Shown here: positions 10,554-21,475 of the stretch, one piece after another
Layout of the letters: each line of letters begins with the position of its first letter
Numbering within the stretch: position 1 is the stretch's first letter
Origin: an uncultured Verrucomicrobiae bacterium
GTDB lineage: Bacteria; Verrucomicrobiota; Verrucomicrobiia; Chthoniobacterales; JAFAMB01
DNA length: 64,000 bases
NCBI GenBank assembly: GCA_963762565.1
Contig: CAVXLD010000012.1
Coordinates: forward strand, 320,001 to 384,000
Direction: 5' to 3'
The notes under the pieces: generated by a model
What the model was told of the DNA's origin: nothing
Database searches by the model: none
Seen by the model: the letters and a program-made list of their open reading frames with translations, nothing else
Program-made: the position numbers and the translations under genes

Positions 10554-12269
10554 ATGCCCCGGCTGAAGATTTTTTGCCTCGCGGTCATGCTGGCCCCGCT
10601 TCTCCTCCATGCTGAAACCAGCCCCGATTCGGCGTTCCGGCAGTCAATCACTCGGGCTGTTACCAGCTCGGCCGCTGATCAAGATTTGTTCCTTAATCAG
10701 ACAGCTGCCTCGGGGGGGATCTCGAAAGCGGAGCACGATCTGCTCATTTCGTGGAGCAACGGGGAGATCTACTTGTACAACGACTCTGGAGGTCAGGTCG
10801 TTCCCATCATTCTGGAGCAACCCGATTCGACCGATAAGACGCGGGCGTTTCGGGTCGATACCGGTGGATTGCTGCAGGATTCGAGCGGCGCCGCCGTAAT
10901 GATCGACCCAACTGACGCGACTTCATCAGATGTAAGCGCCATGCTGCGTAAAAAGATACAGCGGACATTGGATCTTTTAAGCCTTGCCGATCCGAATCCG
11001 GAAGTCCGGGGAGCCATGGCGTTCAAACTTGGGTCTTCGCAGAAAGCCGAAAATTTGGGGCTGTTGGAGACGCGGCTGAAATTGGAAACGGATTCCGGGG
11101 TCAGAAAGACGCTGGTCGAAGCAAAGGCTCTAATACAACTGGGGGACACTGCCCACCCGGAACAGCAAGTCGCTGCCGCAGGTGCACTAGCCAAATTGAA
11201 CTGTATCGGCGCGCGTGACGCCCTTACCGCCTTAACGGAAAGCAAGAACGCAGCCCCGGAGGTGAAGAAGGCCGCGGTAACAGCGCTCCAATCCATCAAT
11301 AGTTATGTCTCGATCGTGAACTTCTTCGGAACGATTTTTCACGGTTTCAGTCTGGGATCGATTCTCTTAATTTCCGCGCTCGGTTTGGCCATCACCTTCG
11401 GCCTGATGGGCGTGATCAATATGGCTCATGGTGAAATGATCGCCGTCGGCGCCTACACGACCTACGTGGTCGAAAACGTTTTTCGAGACGGTCTCCCGCT
11501 TTCTCCGCTCGGCGTTCCGATCACCCTTCCGGGCCTGCATCTGAGCGGCTGGATGTTTCAGACCTATTTCATTTTCGCGATCCCGCTCTCGTTCCTCGTC
11601 GCTGCCCTCGCTGGGTTGGTGCTCGAGCGTTTGGTGATCCGGTTTCTTTACCGCCGGGTATTGGAATCGTTGCTCGCGACCTGGGGTGTTTCGCTCATCA
11701 TGCAGCAGCTATTCCGTCTGGTTTTCGGAGCGAACAATGTGCAAGTAAACTCTCCATCCTGGCTCCTCGGCAATATCACGATCAGCGACGTCATTTTTGG
11801 GTATAACCGGATCTTCGTGATCGTATTCGCCATCGTGATCGTGGTCGGGACCTGGCTTCTCTTAACAAAAACGCCGCTCGGCCTGTTTATCCGTGCTGTG
11901 ATTCAGGATCGGGACATGGCGGCTTGCATGGGCGTGCCAACGGAACGAGTCAACATGCTCACTTTCGCGTTCGGATCCGGTCTTGCCGGGCTGGCGGGAG
12001 CGTTCCTCTCACAGATCGGAAACGTCGGACCTAGTCTGGGTCAGAGCTATATTATCGATAGTTTCATGACCGTCGTTGTTGGCGGAGTCGGGAGCATTGC
12101 CGGTACCGTAGTTTCGGCGGTTGGAATCGGTTGTTCTGACCAGGTGTTGCAACAGGCGCTGGGATCGCCGGTGCTTGGAAAGATCTTGGTCCTGACCGCG
12201 ATTATCCTTTTTTTACAATGGAAACCAGGTGGTTTCTTCCCAACCCGAAGCCGGAGCTTGGACAGCTGA
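10554..12269 (+). CDS. urtB: Urea ABC transporter permease with an N-terminal extracytoplasmic HEAT-like region
   Basis: GLAITFGLMGVINMAHGEM, LESLLATWGVSL, DSFMTVVVGGVG. Confidence 0.93.
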   Translation: MPRLKIFCLAVMLAPLLLHAETSPDSAFRQSITRAVTSSAADQDLFLNQTAASGGISKAEHDLLISWSNGEIYLYNDSGGQVVPIILEQPDSTDKTRAFRVDTGGLLQDSSGAAVMIDPTDATSSDVSAMLRKKIQRTLDLLSLADPNPEVRGAMAFKLGSSQKAENLGLLETRLKLETDSGVRKTLVEAKALIQLGDTAHPEQQVAAAGALAKLNCIGARDALTALTESKNAAPEVKKAAVTALQSINSYVSIVNFFGTIFHGFSLGSILLISALGLAITFGLMGVINMAHGEMIAVGAYTTYVVENVFRDGLPLSPLGVPITLPGLHLSGWMFQTYFIFAIPLSFLVAALAGLVLERLVIRFLYRRVLESLLATWGVSLIMQQLFRLVFGANNVQVNSPSWLLGNITISDVIFGYNRIFVIVFAIVIVVGTWLLLTKTPLGLFIRAVIQDRDMAACMGVPTERVNMLTFAFGSGLAGLAGAFLSQIGNVGPSLGQSYIIDSFMTVVVGGVGSIAGTVVSAVGIGCSDQVLQQALGSPVLGKILVLTAIILFLQWKPGGFFPTRSRSLDS

Positions 12270-12388
12270 AGATGACAAATGACAAAATAGCGGATTCGTT
12301 TCACGACGCGTTCAAGGCAGATCACCAATCTGTCATTTGTTATCTGTCATCTGTCATACCCGGGCGCACCACAGCCGTTTGCTAGCTT

Positions 12389-13582
12389 ATGCAGAATAGG
12401 TTCCGCCAGGCCGAACTGTGGGGGATTGCCATCGCCGCGATTCTTATTCTCGGCGTTTTGCCGGCACTCAACGCTTTTGTTCCGGAGACCAGCGCTTTTC
12501 ATCTCAGCGATTTCACCATCAATCTCTACGGCAAGTACCTGTGTTACGCAGTGCTCGCCATCAGCGTGGATTTACTCTGGGGTTACACCGGATTGCTAAG
12601 TCTAGGGCAATGTCTCTTTTTCGCGTTGGGAGGTTACGCCTTCGGTATGCACCTCATGCTGTTGATTGGAAAGCTCGGCCAGTACCACAGCGATCTTCCC
12701 GACTTCATGGTGTTCCTCGGCTACCCCGCGTTGCCGCTTCAATGGGTGCCGTTCCGAAGCTTTTGGTTTGCTGTAGCTGCGGTTGTTTTAGTGCCCGGAC
12801 TCTTGGCGTTGGTGTTCGGATTTCTGGCGTTTCGTTCCCGGATCCGCGGCGTCTACTTTTCAATTCTGACGCAGGCGCTTACCTACGGCGCTTGCCTGAT
12901 GTTTTTCCGAAATGATTTCACCTTCGGCGGCAATAACGGATTGACCGATTTCAAGTTCATTCTCGGGTATGACATCCGGAGTGCTGCGACTCAACGGTGG
13001 TTGTTCATCGCCACCGGTATTCTGCTCATTTTAACTTATCTCTTTTGCCGGTGGCTGACGCTCACGAAGTTCGGGAAAATTCAGAGGGCGGTCCGAGACA
13101 GCGAGAACCGAGTTTTGTTTTCGGGTTATGCGGCAGCCAACTTCAAATTGTTTGTGTTCGTAGTGAGCGCGATTATCGCCGGTCTGGCGGGCGCGCTCTA
13201 TGTGCCTCAGGTCGGGATCATCAACCCCAGCGAGATGGCGCCCGACAAATCTTTGGAAGCCGTCGTATGGGTGGCGGTTGGAGGTCGAGGAACGCTGATC
13301 GGCCCAATCGTCGGCGCAATTGTGGTGAACGCACTGAAGAGCTGGGCCACGCGTGCCTTCCCTGATCTCTGGCTCATTATTCTTGGAGCAATGTTCGCGG
13401 TCGTTGTGCTGTTTATGCCCAAGGGGCTGGTTGGTCTGCCCATGCAACTCTGGTCCCTGTACAAGCGCGGCGCGGCCTTTTTAATTCGGTCGCGCTCAAC
13501 TGCAATCGTCGCAGAATCGCCCGTGGAACGATCATCGACCGCGCAGCCGCCCAGTGCGATTAGAACAGGTCGTCTACAATGA
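12389..13582 (+). CDS. urtC: Urea ABC transporter permease
   Basis: GKYLCYA..A...[44 protein letters not shown]. Confidence 0.95.
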   Translation: MQNRFRQAELWGIAIAAILILGVLPALNAFVPETSAFHLSDFTINLYGKYLCYAVLAISVDLLWGYTGLLSLGQCLFFALGGYAFGMHLMLLIGKLGQYHSDLPDFMVFLGYPALPLQWVPFRSFWFAVAAVVLVPGLLALVFGFLAFRSRIRGVYFSILTQALTYGACLMFFRNDFTFGGNNGLTDFKFILGYDIRSAATQRWLFIATGILLILTYLFCRWLTLTKFGKIQRAVRDSENRVLFSGYAAANFKLFVFVVSAIIAGLAGALYVPQVGIINPSEMAPDKSLEAVVWVAVGGRGTLIGPIVGAIVVNALKSWATRAFPDLWLIILGAMFAVVVLFMPKGLVGLPMQLWSLYKRGAAFLIRSRSTAIVAESPVERSSTAQPPSAIRTGRLQ

Positions 13583-13706
13583 GTTCCAGCCCAAATCTTC
13601 GTGACCATACCAGCCAATACTCCGGTACTCCAACACTCCATCGCTCCGTTCGGCAGCAGGCGAGGACGAGTACGACGACGAGGACGAGTACGACCCCTGC
13701 ATTGCC

Positions 13707-14489
13707 ATGAGCAAAAGATTTATCCTTACCGCTGAGGGCGTGACGAAAAGCTTCGATGGCTTCAAGGCGATCAATGATTTGAACTTTTACCTGGATGAAG
13801 GCGAGCTGCGCACGATCATTGGCCCAAATGGAGCCGGCAAAAGTACTTTTCTCGATTTGGTTACCGGCCGGACCCGGCCCGACGAAGGACAAATTGAATT
13901 CAAGGACACGCCCGTTACCAAGAAGAGCGAGTATCAAATTTATCGGATGGGGATTGGCCGCAAGTTTCAGACACCCAGCGTCTACTCCGATCATACCGTC
14001 TACGAGAATATTCTGTTAGGACTCAAGGGCAGTCGGGGGGTGTGGAGCGCGATTTTTGGAAGGGTTACTCCGGCCCAGAATGAGCGGATCTTTGAGGTGC
14101 TCGAAATTATCAACCTCAAGGATAAGGCCCAGGTTCGAGCGGGCGCTCTGGCGCATGGCCAGAAGCAATGGCTAGAAATCGGAATGCTGATTGCCCAGGA
14201 TCCGGAGTTGATGCTGGTGGATGAACCGGCGGCCGGTATGACGGACGAAGAGACCGCCAGGACCGGCGAACTACTCCTGAGCTTGGCCGGCAAGCACACG
14301 ATCATCGTCATCGAGCATGACATGGTGTTTGTGCGCCAGCTCGCCAGTAAAGTTACCGTCCTTCATCAGGGTAGCATTCTTTGCGAGGGCTCGCTTGACC
14401 AGATCCAGAATGATGAACGGGTGATAGAGGTGTATCTGGGGCGGAAGAAAAAGAATGACCTAATCCATGCTCAGCATTCAAAACGTTAG
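13707..14489 (+). CDS. urtD: Urea ABC transporter ATP-binding protein
   Basis: SFDGFKA, GPNGAGKS, GIGRKFQ, HGQKQWLEIGM, DEPAAGMT. Confidence 0.95.
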   Translation: MSKRFILTAEGVTKSFDGFKAINDLNFYLDEGELRTIIGPNGAGKSTFLDLVTGRTRPDEGQIEFKDTPVTKKSEYQIYRMGIGRKFQTPSVYSDHTVYENILLGLKGSRGVWSAIFGRVTPAQNERIFEVLEIINLKDKAQVRAGALAHGQKQWLEIGMLIAQDPELMLVDEPAAGMTDEETARTGELLLSLAGKHTIIVIEHDMVFVRQLASKVTVLHQGSILCEGSLDQIQNDERVIEVYLGRKKKNDLIHAQHSKR

Positions 14490-15159
14490 TGTCTCGCTAG
14501 GCGGTTCCCGGATTCTCCGCGACGTGAGTCTCGAGGTTAGCGCGAATAGCGTCTTCTGTTTAATGGGTCGTAATGGGGTCGGAAAAACCACTGCCTTAAA
14601 GAGCGTCGTTGGCCTCTATAAACCCAATAGCGGTCGGGTCTTTTTTGACGGTCGCGATATGTCCCGGATGCCGCCTGAGGCGCGAGCTCGGGCTGGGATT
14701 GGTTATGTTCCGCAGGGCCGGGGCATCTTCCCGCACCTGACGGTTGCGGAAAATCTCTCGATTGGCGCGGTGGCAAAGCGGAAGAAATCGAAAGAGGCGC
14801 TCGACCGGGTCTATTCAATATTTCCGATTATCAAAGACTTCTTGTCGCGCAAAGGCGGGATGCTGTCAGGTGGGCAGCAGCAACAGCTTGCCATCGGCCG
14901 CGCACTGCTCACCGAACCGAAGTTGCTGATCCTGGACGAACCAACGGAGGGCATCCAGCCCAACATTATCGATCAGATCGGCGAGGCAATTAAGTTCCTG
15001 AGAATGGAGTCCATGACCATCCTTTTGGTCGAGCAATACCTGGAATTCTGTAAAGAGTTGGCCGACAACTTCGCCATCCTGGATCGGGGCAGCGTCGTGG
15101 CCCACGGCTCCGTCGCAGAGCTGACCGACGACGTTGTGAAGCTGCATCTCACCGTGTGA
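14467..15159 (+). CDS. urtE: Urea ABC transporter ATP-binding protein
   Basis: GRNGVGKT, YVPQGR, LSGGQQQQLAI, DEPTEGIQP. Confidence 0.95.
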   Translation: MLSIQNVSVSLGGSRILRDVSLEVSANSVFCLMGRNGVGKTTALKSVVGLYKPNSGRVFFDGRDMSRMPPEARARAGIGYVPQGRGIFPHLTVAENLSIGAVAKRKKSKEALDRVYSIFPIIKDFLSRKGGMLSGGQQQQLAIGRALLTEPKLLILDEPTEGIQPNIIDQIGEAIKFLRMESMTILLVEQYLEFCKELADNFAILDRGSVVAHGSVAELTDDVVKLHLTV

Positions 15160-15195
15160 GGTGTGCCACAAGTTGGAGAAGGAAAAGAACAAATC

Positions 15196-15621
15196 CAACC
15201 GCAGATAGAAGCAGATTTACGCAGATTTTAGGTTGGGGCGAGGTGACACCGATAGAACTACGGTTGGCGTTTTGGCCACGGTACGGTTCACAAAGAGAAA
15301 CGATCCGCAGATTACGCAGATTACGCAGATTTCGTTCTGAGCTTACATAAGGCCAGGGCCAGAAACAAAATCGCTAGTAACCGGCACGTTGTCCTCTACC
15401 TCGCGGTGCTAACTCGCCGCCGAAACGTAATCTGCGTAATCTGCGAAATCTGCGGATCGTTCCCTTTTCCGCTGGCGTCTCTCGATCCGCCGCGTGTTTC
15501 TCTCTACCGCATCGCCCGTTCCGCGTTTTTCATCTGCGTCAATCGGAGCCTGTCCGCCGTAGCGTTCGGTCTGTGGGAAGCTTTCCCTTACAGCTTAGCG
15601 AAGGCGGATTCATCTGCGGTT
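15196..15621. repeat. Doubly nested family C element with a family B insert
   Basis: Outer AACCGCAGAT...ATCTGCGGTT arms; inner ATCCGCAGATTACGCAGATT...CTGCGGAT element at 15302-15458. Confidence 0.8.
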
Positions 15622-15639
15622 TGTTTTGTTTGGGTTTAG

Positions 15640-16518
15640 TTGCGGCTGTGCCCTGCTTTGTGCAATCTGTCTGATCTGCGGATCTTATTTTCGACTTCTG
15701 CTTCGGAACCTGAGTTAGGAGAGAGTGGGCCAACGGTCGGCCGGGCCGCACTGATTTACTTTGCAGTGCTGCTGCTCCTAATGGCCGCCCTAACCGGACT
15801 GAATTTCTTAGTTGGCTTTTTTAAATTGTATCTGCCGATTGCGCTCGCGGTGTCGATGTGGATCCCGGGAGTAGCCGGCCTTATCGCTGCGCGGTCCTCG
15901 AAAATCAGCTCATTAAGCAGAAAGCCACCGCGGATACGCTTCCTCGCCCTGGCGGTGATCGCCCCGCTAGGGGTGTGTGGAATGATCCGGTGCGCACTGT
16001 GGTTATCTGGGCTAGAGACCATGCAGATCGACCTGACAGAATTAGGAGTCGGTTCAGCGCTGCAGATCCTGTTCGGATTACTCCTTTCGGTTCTCAGCGC
16101 CTGGGGAGAAGAAATCGGTTGGCGCGGTTTTCTAAGTCCGCTACTTGGGCGCCGTCTCAGATTTACCGCTCTGGTTTGGTGTAGCTGGTTACCCTGGTTC
16201 CTTTTTTATCTTTGGTTGATGTTTTTGGCGGGCTCGTATTCGAAATCGGCATTCGGGCTGCAAGTGCTAACCGTCGGTAGTTTATTGTTCGGCCTGAATG
16301 TGTTGCTCCTGTGGCTGCGAATGAGAAGCGGCAGTTTATGGCCGCCGGTGCTGTTTCACGCTCTTCATAATTTCTTGGTCTTCAATCCAGTGACACTTGG
16401 ATTGTTGCATGGCCCGTGGCTGACCGGTGATCTAGGACTAGGTCTCGCCTGCGGTTATCTTGCGATATGTATCGGGGCACTCTGGGACGGGAGCCGAGGT
16501 CGCTTATTGCCGCATTGA
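15640..16518 (+). CDS. CPBP (Abi/CAAX) family intramembrane metalloprotease
   Basis: GEEIGWRGFL and SGSLWPPVLFHALHN motifs; start uncertain. Confidence 0.8.
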   Translation: MRLCPALCNLSDLRILFSTSASEPELGESGPTVGRAALIYFAVLLLLMAALTGLNFLVGFFKLYLPIALAVSMWIPGVAGLIAARSSKISSLSRKPPRIRFLALAVIAPLGVCGMIRCALWLSGLETMQIDLTELGVGSALQILFGLLLSVLSAWGEEIGWRGFLSPLLGRRLRFTALVWCSWLPWFLFYLWLMFLAGSYSKSAFGLQVLTVGSLLFGLNVLLLWLRMRSGSLWPPVLFHALHNFLVFNPVTLGLLHGPWLTGDLGLGLACGYLAICIGALWDGSRGRLLPH

Positions 16519-16526
16519 CGGCTTTT

Positions 16527-16824
16527 GTTCTCGTTCCCGTCCTCGAATCCGCGACCGCGAAGGTTTGGCAATACCCAATGTCTGGAGGGGAGCCGCTTCA
16601 CAAGGTGGCAGTTCTATGGGATGGCAGCAGGCGGCTCCCGCGATGGGAATTCACGCCTGCCTTGTGAAAAGCGAGGACCATGATCGGACAGAGGACAGGG
16701 ACAAACACGCGATAGATGATTCCCGGGAGCCGCTTGCTAGAGACTGATAGAGCTAGAAACCGTCAAAGCGGCTCCCCTCCGGATGTTGGGTACCGCCAAA
16801 CCTTCGAGGACGAGGACGAGTACG
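16527..16824. repeat. Family E element (GGAGGGGAGCCGCT ... AGCGGCTCCCCTCC) enclosed by family F arms
   Basis: Inner element 16584-16780 is homologous to 34315-34525. Confidence 0.75.
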
Positions 16825-16840
16825 AAAAGGCCTTTCCCCC

Positions 16841-17419
16841 CTACACCCCCACCAACCAACCCTCAGTCGATTTTGGCACCGCTTGGAGCTGCAGATTGCG
16901 CTCGATGGAGGCTGCGACGAACGCTAAATCGTTGCGGGTCAACCACCAACCGATGAACGGAATCAACAAAAGAATTCCGACGGCGGTTTGGACCACCCCT
17001 AGGATGGCGTAGAAGTAGGAACTTTCGTTAAGACCGTCGAAGTTAAGGGTTACCGGATAGTTGAAGATCAAGAAGATTCCTCCCGCTTGGGCCACGATCA
17101 AAATCAGAAGCGCCCATAAGGCTTTCATAGGAACCGGTGTGCCGCCCTCGAAGATAACGACACTGCCTTCTTTCAGAGGTGTGACTGATCCGGTAAGAAC
17201 CGGCTTGAACCAAAACCCCGGTGAAAACCAGGCTAATCCCCAACCGAACTTCTGCCGTCTTTCTGCGGTAAATCGTGTGCCTTTAACTTGGGCGATAATC
17301 TCCTTTTCGCCTTCATAAAGGGATGGCTTGTTCGGGTTAATTTCTTTTTGGTCCGTGAATTCCGGCAGTTTCGAGATCAGGTCCGAAGGGGGGAGCGGCG
17401 AGCTGAAGAACTTGTACAT
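16841..17419 (-). CDS. Hypothetical membrane protein
   Basis: 192 aa, ATG start, two hydrophobic segments, fills the gap between repeats. Confidence 0.65.
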   Translation of the reverse strand: MYKFFSSPLPPSDLISKLPEFTDQKEINPNKPSLYEGEKEIIAQVKGTRFTAERRQKFGWGLAWFSPGFWFKPVLTGSVTPLKEGSVVIFEGGTPVPMKALWALLILIVAQAGGIFLIFNYPVTLNFDGLNESSYFYAILGVVQTAVGILLLIPFIGWWLTRNDLAFVAASIERNLQLQAVPKSTEGWLVGV

Positions 17420-17479
17420 GGGATTCGTCTTGGCGTCTCTTTTTCATGGGCTCAAGCGCCCAGAGTGTCAAGGACGAGG

Positions 17480-17638
17480 TGACTGGTGATTAGTGATTGG
17501 TGATTAGTGATTGGTGGGGCGCGCGAAGCACCGCAAAGACTTTAGCCCGCGACCGCGGGGGCTGAGTCTGCGAGTCCTAGGTGCGGAAAAGGGGCGATCA
17601 TCGCCCTACCAATCACAAATCACCAATCACCAATCACT
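17480..17638. repeat. Heptamer-arm element (TGGTGAT / ATCACCA) enclosing a family D-like pair
   Basis: GTGATTAGTGATTGG ... CCAATCACAAATCACC. Confidence 0.7.
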
Positions 17639-17701
17639 ATCGTTTCATCCCTCAGGCTGCTACCTGCTTGCGCGGTACCCGGCTACGCCGAAAGTAATAT
17701 C

Positions 17702-18859
17702 ATGCCCGCTGAAATCGTTCTTCCCCGGCTTTTGCGAATTGGAGGCGGAGCCTTTGGCGATACCTCAAAGGTGCTATCCGATCTCGGACTGAAGCGCCCG
17801 CTTATTGTTACGGATTCATTCTTATCAAAGCAGGGGTTGGCAGATCGACTGGCCGACCTTTTAAAGCTTGGAGATGGAGTTCGGATTTTTTCCGGCGCGG
17901 TTCCTGATCCGACAAGTGGTTCAATCGATGCCGGTCTCGCTTTTCTTAAAGAGCGGGATCACGACTGCGTTATCGGATTGGGGGGCGGCAGTTCCATCGA
18001 CACAGCAAAAGCGATCGCTGTATTGGCGGTCCATGGTGGCCCGATGCGTAAGTACAAAACGCCATTTCTGCAAAATGCGCCCGGATTGCCTATTATCGCT
18101 ATTCCGACCACGGCTGGAACTGGTTCCGAGGCGACTCGTTTCACGGTTGTGACCGACGATCCGACAGGTGAAAAGATGCTCTGTACGGGGGGCGGCTATG
18201 TGCCAACGGCGGCAATTGTCGATTACGAGTTGACGCTGCAAAAGCCGAAACGGCTTACAGGTGATACCGGTGTTGATTCGTTGACGCATGCGATCGAAGG
18301 GTACGTCAGTCGCCGGGCCAATCCATTTGCTGATGGTTTCGCGCTGACCGCAATGGAAGCGATCTGGAGGTCTTTGCCGGTGGCCTACCTTGAGCCCAGT
18401 AATCGGGCCGCACGTGAGCGCATGATGTTGGCGGCAACTCAAGCCGGAATCGCCTTCTCAAATTCCAGCGTTGCCTTGGTGCATGGCATGAGCCGGCCTA
18501 TCGGCGCGCATTTCCATGTGCCGCACGGAATGTCGAACGCGATGTTGCTTCCGGCGATCACGACGTTCTCCGTTCCTGGAAACGTGGGGCGTTATGCCGA
18601 CTGCGCGCGAGTCATGGGTATTGCTAAGAGCGAAGCTAACGACGAAAGCGCGGCCGCAGCGCTGGTAGAGGGGCTTAGACAATTGAATTCGCGGCTCGAG
18701 GTGCCGACTCCGGAAAAGCTTGGGATCAATAGGAAGCAATGGTCTGAAGCGATCCCCACGATGGTCCAGCAAGCTATCGCCTCAGGCTCCCCGGCGAATA
18801 ACCCTCGCGTTCCTAGCGCGGAGGAAATCGCTGAGCTCTATGTTCAAGTTTATGGGTAG
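17702..18859 (+). CDS. Iron-containing alcohol dehydrogenase
   Basis: GLGGGSSIDTAK, PTTAGTGSE, DSLTHAIE, VHGMSR..G.HFHVPHG. Confidence 0.93.
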   Translation: MPAEIVLPRLLRIGGGAFGDTSKVLSDLGLKRPLIVTDSFLSKQGLADRLADLLKLGDGVRIFSGAVPDPTSGSIDAGLAFLKERDHDCVIGLGGGSSIDTAKAIAVLAVHGGPMRKYKTPFLQNAPGLPIIAIPTTAGTGSEATRFTVVTDDPTGEKMLCTGGGYVPTAAIVDYELTLQKPKRLTGDTGVDSLTHAIEGYVSRRANPFADGFALTAMEAIWRSLPVAYLEPSNRAARERMMLAATQAGIAFSNSSVALVHGMSRPIGAHFHVPHGMSNAMLLPAITTFSVPGNVGRYADCARVMGIAKSEANDESAAAALVEGLRQLNSRLEVPTPEKLGINRKQWSEAIPTMVQQAIASGSPANNPRVPSAEEIAELYVQVYG

Positions 18860-19108
18860 AGGGAGAAGTAAAAGTAATCAGTAGGTCAGTAATTAGGCTT
18901 TAGGAGCTACGAGGGCCGGAGCTGCGGGAATCGTTCTCGTCCTCGTCCTCGATTTGGGCGTGATATGTCTAACCGGTGCGATTCATCCCAGCGATCAAGA
19001 TGTTCTTCTCTTGGGTTTCGATCCATTACCAGGCAATACCGCTCGCCGACTTGCCACGCGCTCACCTAATCGAGGACGAGGACGACGAGGAGGACGAGAA
19101 CGCCCCGC

Positions 19109-19145
19109 AAAAAAAAGCCCGGACGTTTGCACGTCCGGGCTTTTC
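19109..19145 (-). terminator. Intrinsic terminator
   Basis: AAAGCCCGGACGT-ttgc-ACGTCCGGGCTTT hairpin with an A-run; downstream of the gene ending at 19181. Confidence 0.8.
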
Positions 19146-19180
19146 AATGTTAGCGACACCGAGTAAAGCGCCGATGCTAC

Positions 19181-20131
19181 TTAGGAAATTTGATCGACCA
19201 TTTCGACGTCAACGACGTTGCCATCGACTACGGTCACTTGTTTGTATTGGCCGTTATCGGTTGCGTAGTAATAGACGGTCGCATCGTCCCCATCAAAGGT
19301 GGTATAATTGGAATAGACCGGGTCCGGATAATAGTAGTCTACGAGATCCACCGGCATCCCGATGACGATGTTGCCCCAGCAAATGTCGTCATACCATGCC
19401 CAGCAAAGTCCTGGAGCAAACCCCAGCCCAATCAAGTTATTACAATACCAGTTGGCGCCCCAGAAATTGCACCGCCAAAAGAAACCACCATGGTTGAACC
19501 AGCAGCCGTTTCCGAAGTGATCCGAGCAGAACGCGCCATGGCCTGTCCATTGGCGGTTAGAAATCTGAGAGAGCCGTTGGCTCATCAGACCCTTCGCTGA
19601 AGCAGTGGTCATCGAATGCTCAAACGAGGTGTTCGCGCGAAGCGCCTCAGCCCTTGGTGAATGCAGCGGGTCCGAAGACCGGGACGTATTCCTAGCAACG
19701 TCAGCTTTATTCGTTTGGGTTAGCGTATGAGACGTGTTGGTCGCTCGATTCACGCTCGCATCGTGATGCTCAGCGGTCGAGGCCACATGGTGGGTAGCCG
19801 CCGTCTCACGATGGCTGTCGACGTGGGATCTGCTGGTCGTCGTGTAGAGATTTGCGTGATAATTGTGCGAAACACTTCGCCCCGCTCCGGAGTAAGCGCT
19901 CCTAGATCCGGCCCCATGATAGGAGGCCATAGGATGCGAGGAGCCGCCCCCCGAATGTCCACCTCCGCTTGGGTGCCCACCTCCGCCACTTGGGTGTCCT
20001 CCTCCTCCGCTTGTATGATTAGCGAGCGCAGAGAGCGGTAAACAACTGACGCTCGCCGCTGCGATAATGGCAGCCACTTTGTGTACCTTGCCCACAGAGC
20101 GGATTCGCTCGAGAGGCAACAACGTTTTCAT
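19181..20131 (-). CDS. Hypothetical secreted protein: Gly/His/Ser-rich N-terminus and Trp/Cys/Tyr-rich C-domain (paralogue 1)
   Basis: MKTL start with an upstream GGAAAGG; C-domain is highly similar to that of 20510-21475. Confidence 0.85.
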   Translation of the reverse strand: MKTLLPLERIRSVGKVHKVAAIIAAASVSCLPLSALANHTSGGGGHPSGGGGHPSGGGHSGGGSSHPMASYHGAGSRSAYSGAGRSVSHNYHANLYTTTSRSHVDSHRETAATHHVASTAEHHDASVNRATNTSHTLTQTNKADVARNTSRSSDPLHSPRAEALRANTSFEHSMTTASAKGLMSQRLSQISNRQWTGHGAFCSDHFGNGCWFNHGGFFWRCNFWGANWYCNNLIGLGFAPGLCWAWYDDICWGNIVIGMPVDLVDYYYPDPVYSNYTTFDGDDATVYYYATDNGQYKQVTVVDGNVVDVEMVDQIS

Positions 20132-20463
20132 AAAGAAACCTTTCCTAATACTAAAATTCGGCGCCCGTAATGTCGGCGTTGCCGAACCCAAATTCAATCG
20201 TACCGACGAGATTAATGACGTGTGGCGGTGGCGAAGGTTTGCACTTGGTCATTACAAATCTGTAATCTACATGTCAGCGTTGTAAGCTCCTGATATCGTT
20301 GAGTCAGGGCTCCCGAAGCAAACCGGGGAGGGCGCGCTGCCTGTCCGCCATAGCTTTAGCGACGGAGGATCCCCGCGCGCCGCGAGGACGTGGCACAACC
20401 AAAAGGTGTATTTTTCGTCTGCGGTGGTGGAGTTTGGTTCGTTTCCAATCGCCAGGCGAAGCA

Positions 20464-20492
20464 CAATCCCGGACGCATAACGTCCGGGATTC
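20464..20492 (-). terminator. Terminator-like hairpin
   Basis: AATCCCGGACG-cataa-CGTCCGGGATT; same stem core as 19109-19145. Confidence 0.6.
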
Positions 20493-20509
20493 TTAGAACT
20501 GCTCCTGCA

Positions 20510-21475
20510 CTAGGCGTAGTGGTCAACGATTTCGACGTCAACAACGTTGCCGTCTACGACTGTGACTTGTTTATATTGCCCGTCAGCCAAACCGTAGTAA
20601 TAGACCGTCGCTGCGTCGCCGTTGTAGTAGCTATCCTCTGTATAAACCGCATTCGGATAGTAGTACGGGATCAGCGCAAACGGCATTCCAATGACTATAT
20701 TTCCCCAGCAAATATCGTCATACCAAGCCCAGCAAAGTCCTGGAGCAAACCCCAGCCCAATCAGGCCATAGCAGTAGGATCTTGCTCCCCAGAAGTTGCA
20801 TCGCCACCAATATCCGCCGTGGTTGAACCAGTATCCCCCTCTCGGATCGGAACGGGTTGAGAATACGGCGCCGTGTGCTGCCCACTGCCGGTTGCTAATC
20901 TCCGTTAGTCGACGGTCCATCAAACCGTTGACAGATGATCGGGTTAACGAATGATTGTAGGGAGTTGCCCGGCCTGGCGTCCGCGTCGCATGTGCTCCAC
21001 GTGAGGAAGCGGTGTTCCGCGAGTAAAGACTGGCGCGGCTATTAGCCGAGGCGCCCCTCCTTGCCTCGGGCGACACGTTTCTGAGTTCAGAATTGTTTCT
21101 CGTTTTATCGGTCGTCGCTACACGGTGCGAGGTGCTGGCTACATGATGCGAGGTGCTGGCTATGTGATGCGAGCTAGCTGCATGACTCGAGCTAGCTACG
21201 TGATGCGAGCTGGCCACATGACTCGAGCTGGCTACATGATGCGAGCTTACTCCTTGGTGGCTGCTGGCGGCATGATAGCCGCCGTGAGTGCTGGCGGCCT
21301 TGCTTCCCCCGCTTCCGTGCGAAGCGCTTGGATGCCCACCACCCCCATGACTATGCTGGTCGGCTAGAACATTGAAGAACGGTAGACAGCTGATACACCC
21401 AACGGCGATTAGCGGGGTCCACCATCGAATCCTGCGAACAGAGCGCGCGCTCGCCGCAGACGATAACGTTTTCAT
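20510..21475 (-). CDS. Hypothetical secreted protein with SSHHVA repeats (paralogue 2)
   Basis: MKTL start, hydrophobic leader, 6-7 aa His-rich repeats, shared C-domain. Confidence 0.85.
   Translation of the reverse strand: MKTLSSAASARSVRRIRWWTPLIAVGCISCLPFFNVLADQHSHGGGGHPSASHGSGGSKAASTHGGYHAASSHQGVSSHHVASSSHVASSHHVASSSHAASSHHIASTSHHVASTSHRVATTDKTRNNSELRNVSPEARRGASANSRASLYSRNTASSRGAHATRTPGRATPYNHSLTRSSVNGLMDRRLTEISNRQWAAHGAVFSTRSDPRGGYWFNHGGYWWRCNFWGARSYCYGLIGLGFAPGLCWAWYDDICWGNIVIGMPFALIPYYYPNAVYTEDSYYNGDAATVYYYGLADGQYKQVTVVDGNVVDVEIVDHYA

Noticed and set aside
15301..15459. CGCAGATTA tandem repeats as a CRISPR array
   Set aside because: The units are 9 nt, have no unique spacers and are arranged as inverted arms; no cas genes are in the window
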